Sequence record: OQ363659.1
DNA length: 64,000 bases
Direction: 5' to 3' (one strand)
The notes beneath the pieces were generated by a model. It was not told the origin of the DNA and did not search any database. It saw only the letters and a program-made list of their open reading frames with translations. The position numbers were made by a program, and so were the translations under genes. This document shows, in pieces, positions 63,130-64,000 of the stretch (position 1 is its first letter; each line of letters starts with the position of its first letter).

Positions 63130-63971
63130 CAGATGGGTCCATTAATACCAGATAGAGAAATTTCAGCGGTACCGGAAGCAGCAGCGTAAGCTGATGGTGA
63201 AATACGCATTTGTTCATTCAGCATTTGTTGGGTAAACGCACCACCCAGTTGTACATTGATACGGCTATCGGAAGGAGGTGGAGTAGCCTTACCGAGATCT
63301 TGCAGAGCCTTCGGTATAGGGAATGGTTCTTTGTCAGCAGGGCGCAATTTCTTCATTGCGTCCAGTAGAGCTTCACGAACGTCTTCTTTCTGGATACCGA
63401 TCTGTTCCAGTTGTTCGATAGCTTCTGGTTCATACTTACGTACCGATTGACGACCGTTCTCGAATTCGTAGATGAACGAACCACCAAAGCTACCTTTGAT
63501 CGGAGCAAACGATTCGTGTTGTGTAGCGATACAGTTCACCAATGCCAACGCACCGTACAGTCCCACATTAGGGATAGTAGTTTGGAACGTCTCGATTGGG
63601 ATAGTTGCACCTTCTACGTATTCCGGGTGACCCTTCACACACATCGGGTGTTTGGTAATACCTGATACGAAAATGGAATCGTCTTCTGCATCGTAGATGA
63701 CTTGGTATTGCACAGCCAGGTACTTCAGCTTGATCTTATCCTGGAACTGATAAGAGAACAGCAGGAATTCGAGTGGGTTGTGGTTGGACAGGAATGGATG
63801 ATCCCCAGCCAGCACACCCAGTAACAGTCTGGTTTGGTCATACGACAGTTCATGGATCTTACCGGAAGCTCCTTGGAGTTGAACGGTGTTAGAGATATAC
63901 TCTTCTCCGTTATCGGTCATACGCATGCGATTGGCGATATCGTTAAAGATCTCGTGTACTGGGTTGGTCAT
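63129..63971 (-). CDS. hypothetical protein
   Basis: 280 aa; SD GGAG; TGATG-coupled to DHFR. Confidence 0.75.
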   Translation of the reverse strand: MTNPVHEIFNDIANRMRMTDNGEEYISNTVQLQGASGKIHELSYDQTRLLLGVLAGDHPFLSNHNPLEFLLFSYQFQDKIKLKYLAVQYQVIYDAEDDSIFVSGITKHPMCVKGHPEYVEGATIPIETFQTTIPNVGLYGALALVNCIATQHESFAPIKGSFGGSFIYEFENGRQSVRKYEPEAIEQLEQIGIQKEDVREALLDAMKKLRPADKEPFPIPKALQDLGKATPPPSDSRINVQLGGAFTQQMLNEQMRISPSAYAAASGTAEISLSGINGPI

Positions 63972-64000
63972 AAGCTTTTCTCCGTCATTGGCATTGGAAT

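Noticed and set aside
1-64000. tRNA or rRNA genes
   Set aside because: No intergenic gap shows a cloverleaf with T-loop GTTCRA and CCA context. This was a visual check only; tRNAscan-SE or ARAGORN would settle it.
1-64000. Host and species identification
   Set aside because: Gene order resembles phiKZ-like phages of Pseudomonas, but nothing in the window fixes the host or isolate without a database search.

Overview
This window is a 64-kb segment of a phiKZ-like, nucleus-forming jumbo phage (Chimalliviridae), not bacterial DNA. Gene order follows the phiKZ core. Reading the minus strand from right to left: DHFR and small early genes; a plus-strand terminase with three large virion/baseplate genes; tail sheath and tube; early accessory genes; PhuZ tubulin; a cluster of small conserved genes; the split family-B DNA polymerase with a coupled Pol-beta nucleotidyltransferase; chimallin (ChmA); the non-virion RNAP beta' N-half; an SbcD-like nuclease; ChmC; the sigma-like nvRNAP subunit; PicA; a protein with a Q-rich tail; nvRNAP beta and beta' C-half; an SF2 helicase; and six small membrane proteins. 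I found no tRNA, CRISPR array, intron or intein. The most striking non-coding signals are (i) about 20 GC-rich hairpins, 16 of whose exits carry a conserved TATGYYGT motif instead of, or before, a U-tract, (ii) 11 copies of an extended early-promoter motif, and (iii) structured leaders or intergenic RNAs around chmA and the DNA polymerase. All family assignments come from motif recognition and synteny recalled from the phiKZ literature; no database search was run. phiKZ gene numbers are recalled from memory. Many long antisense ORFs in the track are shadows of the real genes.
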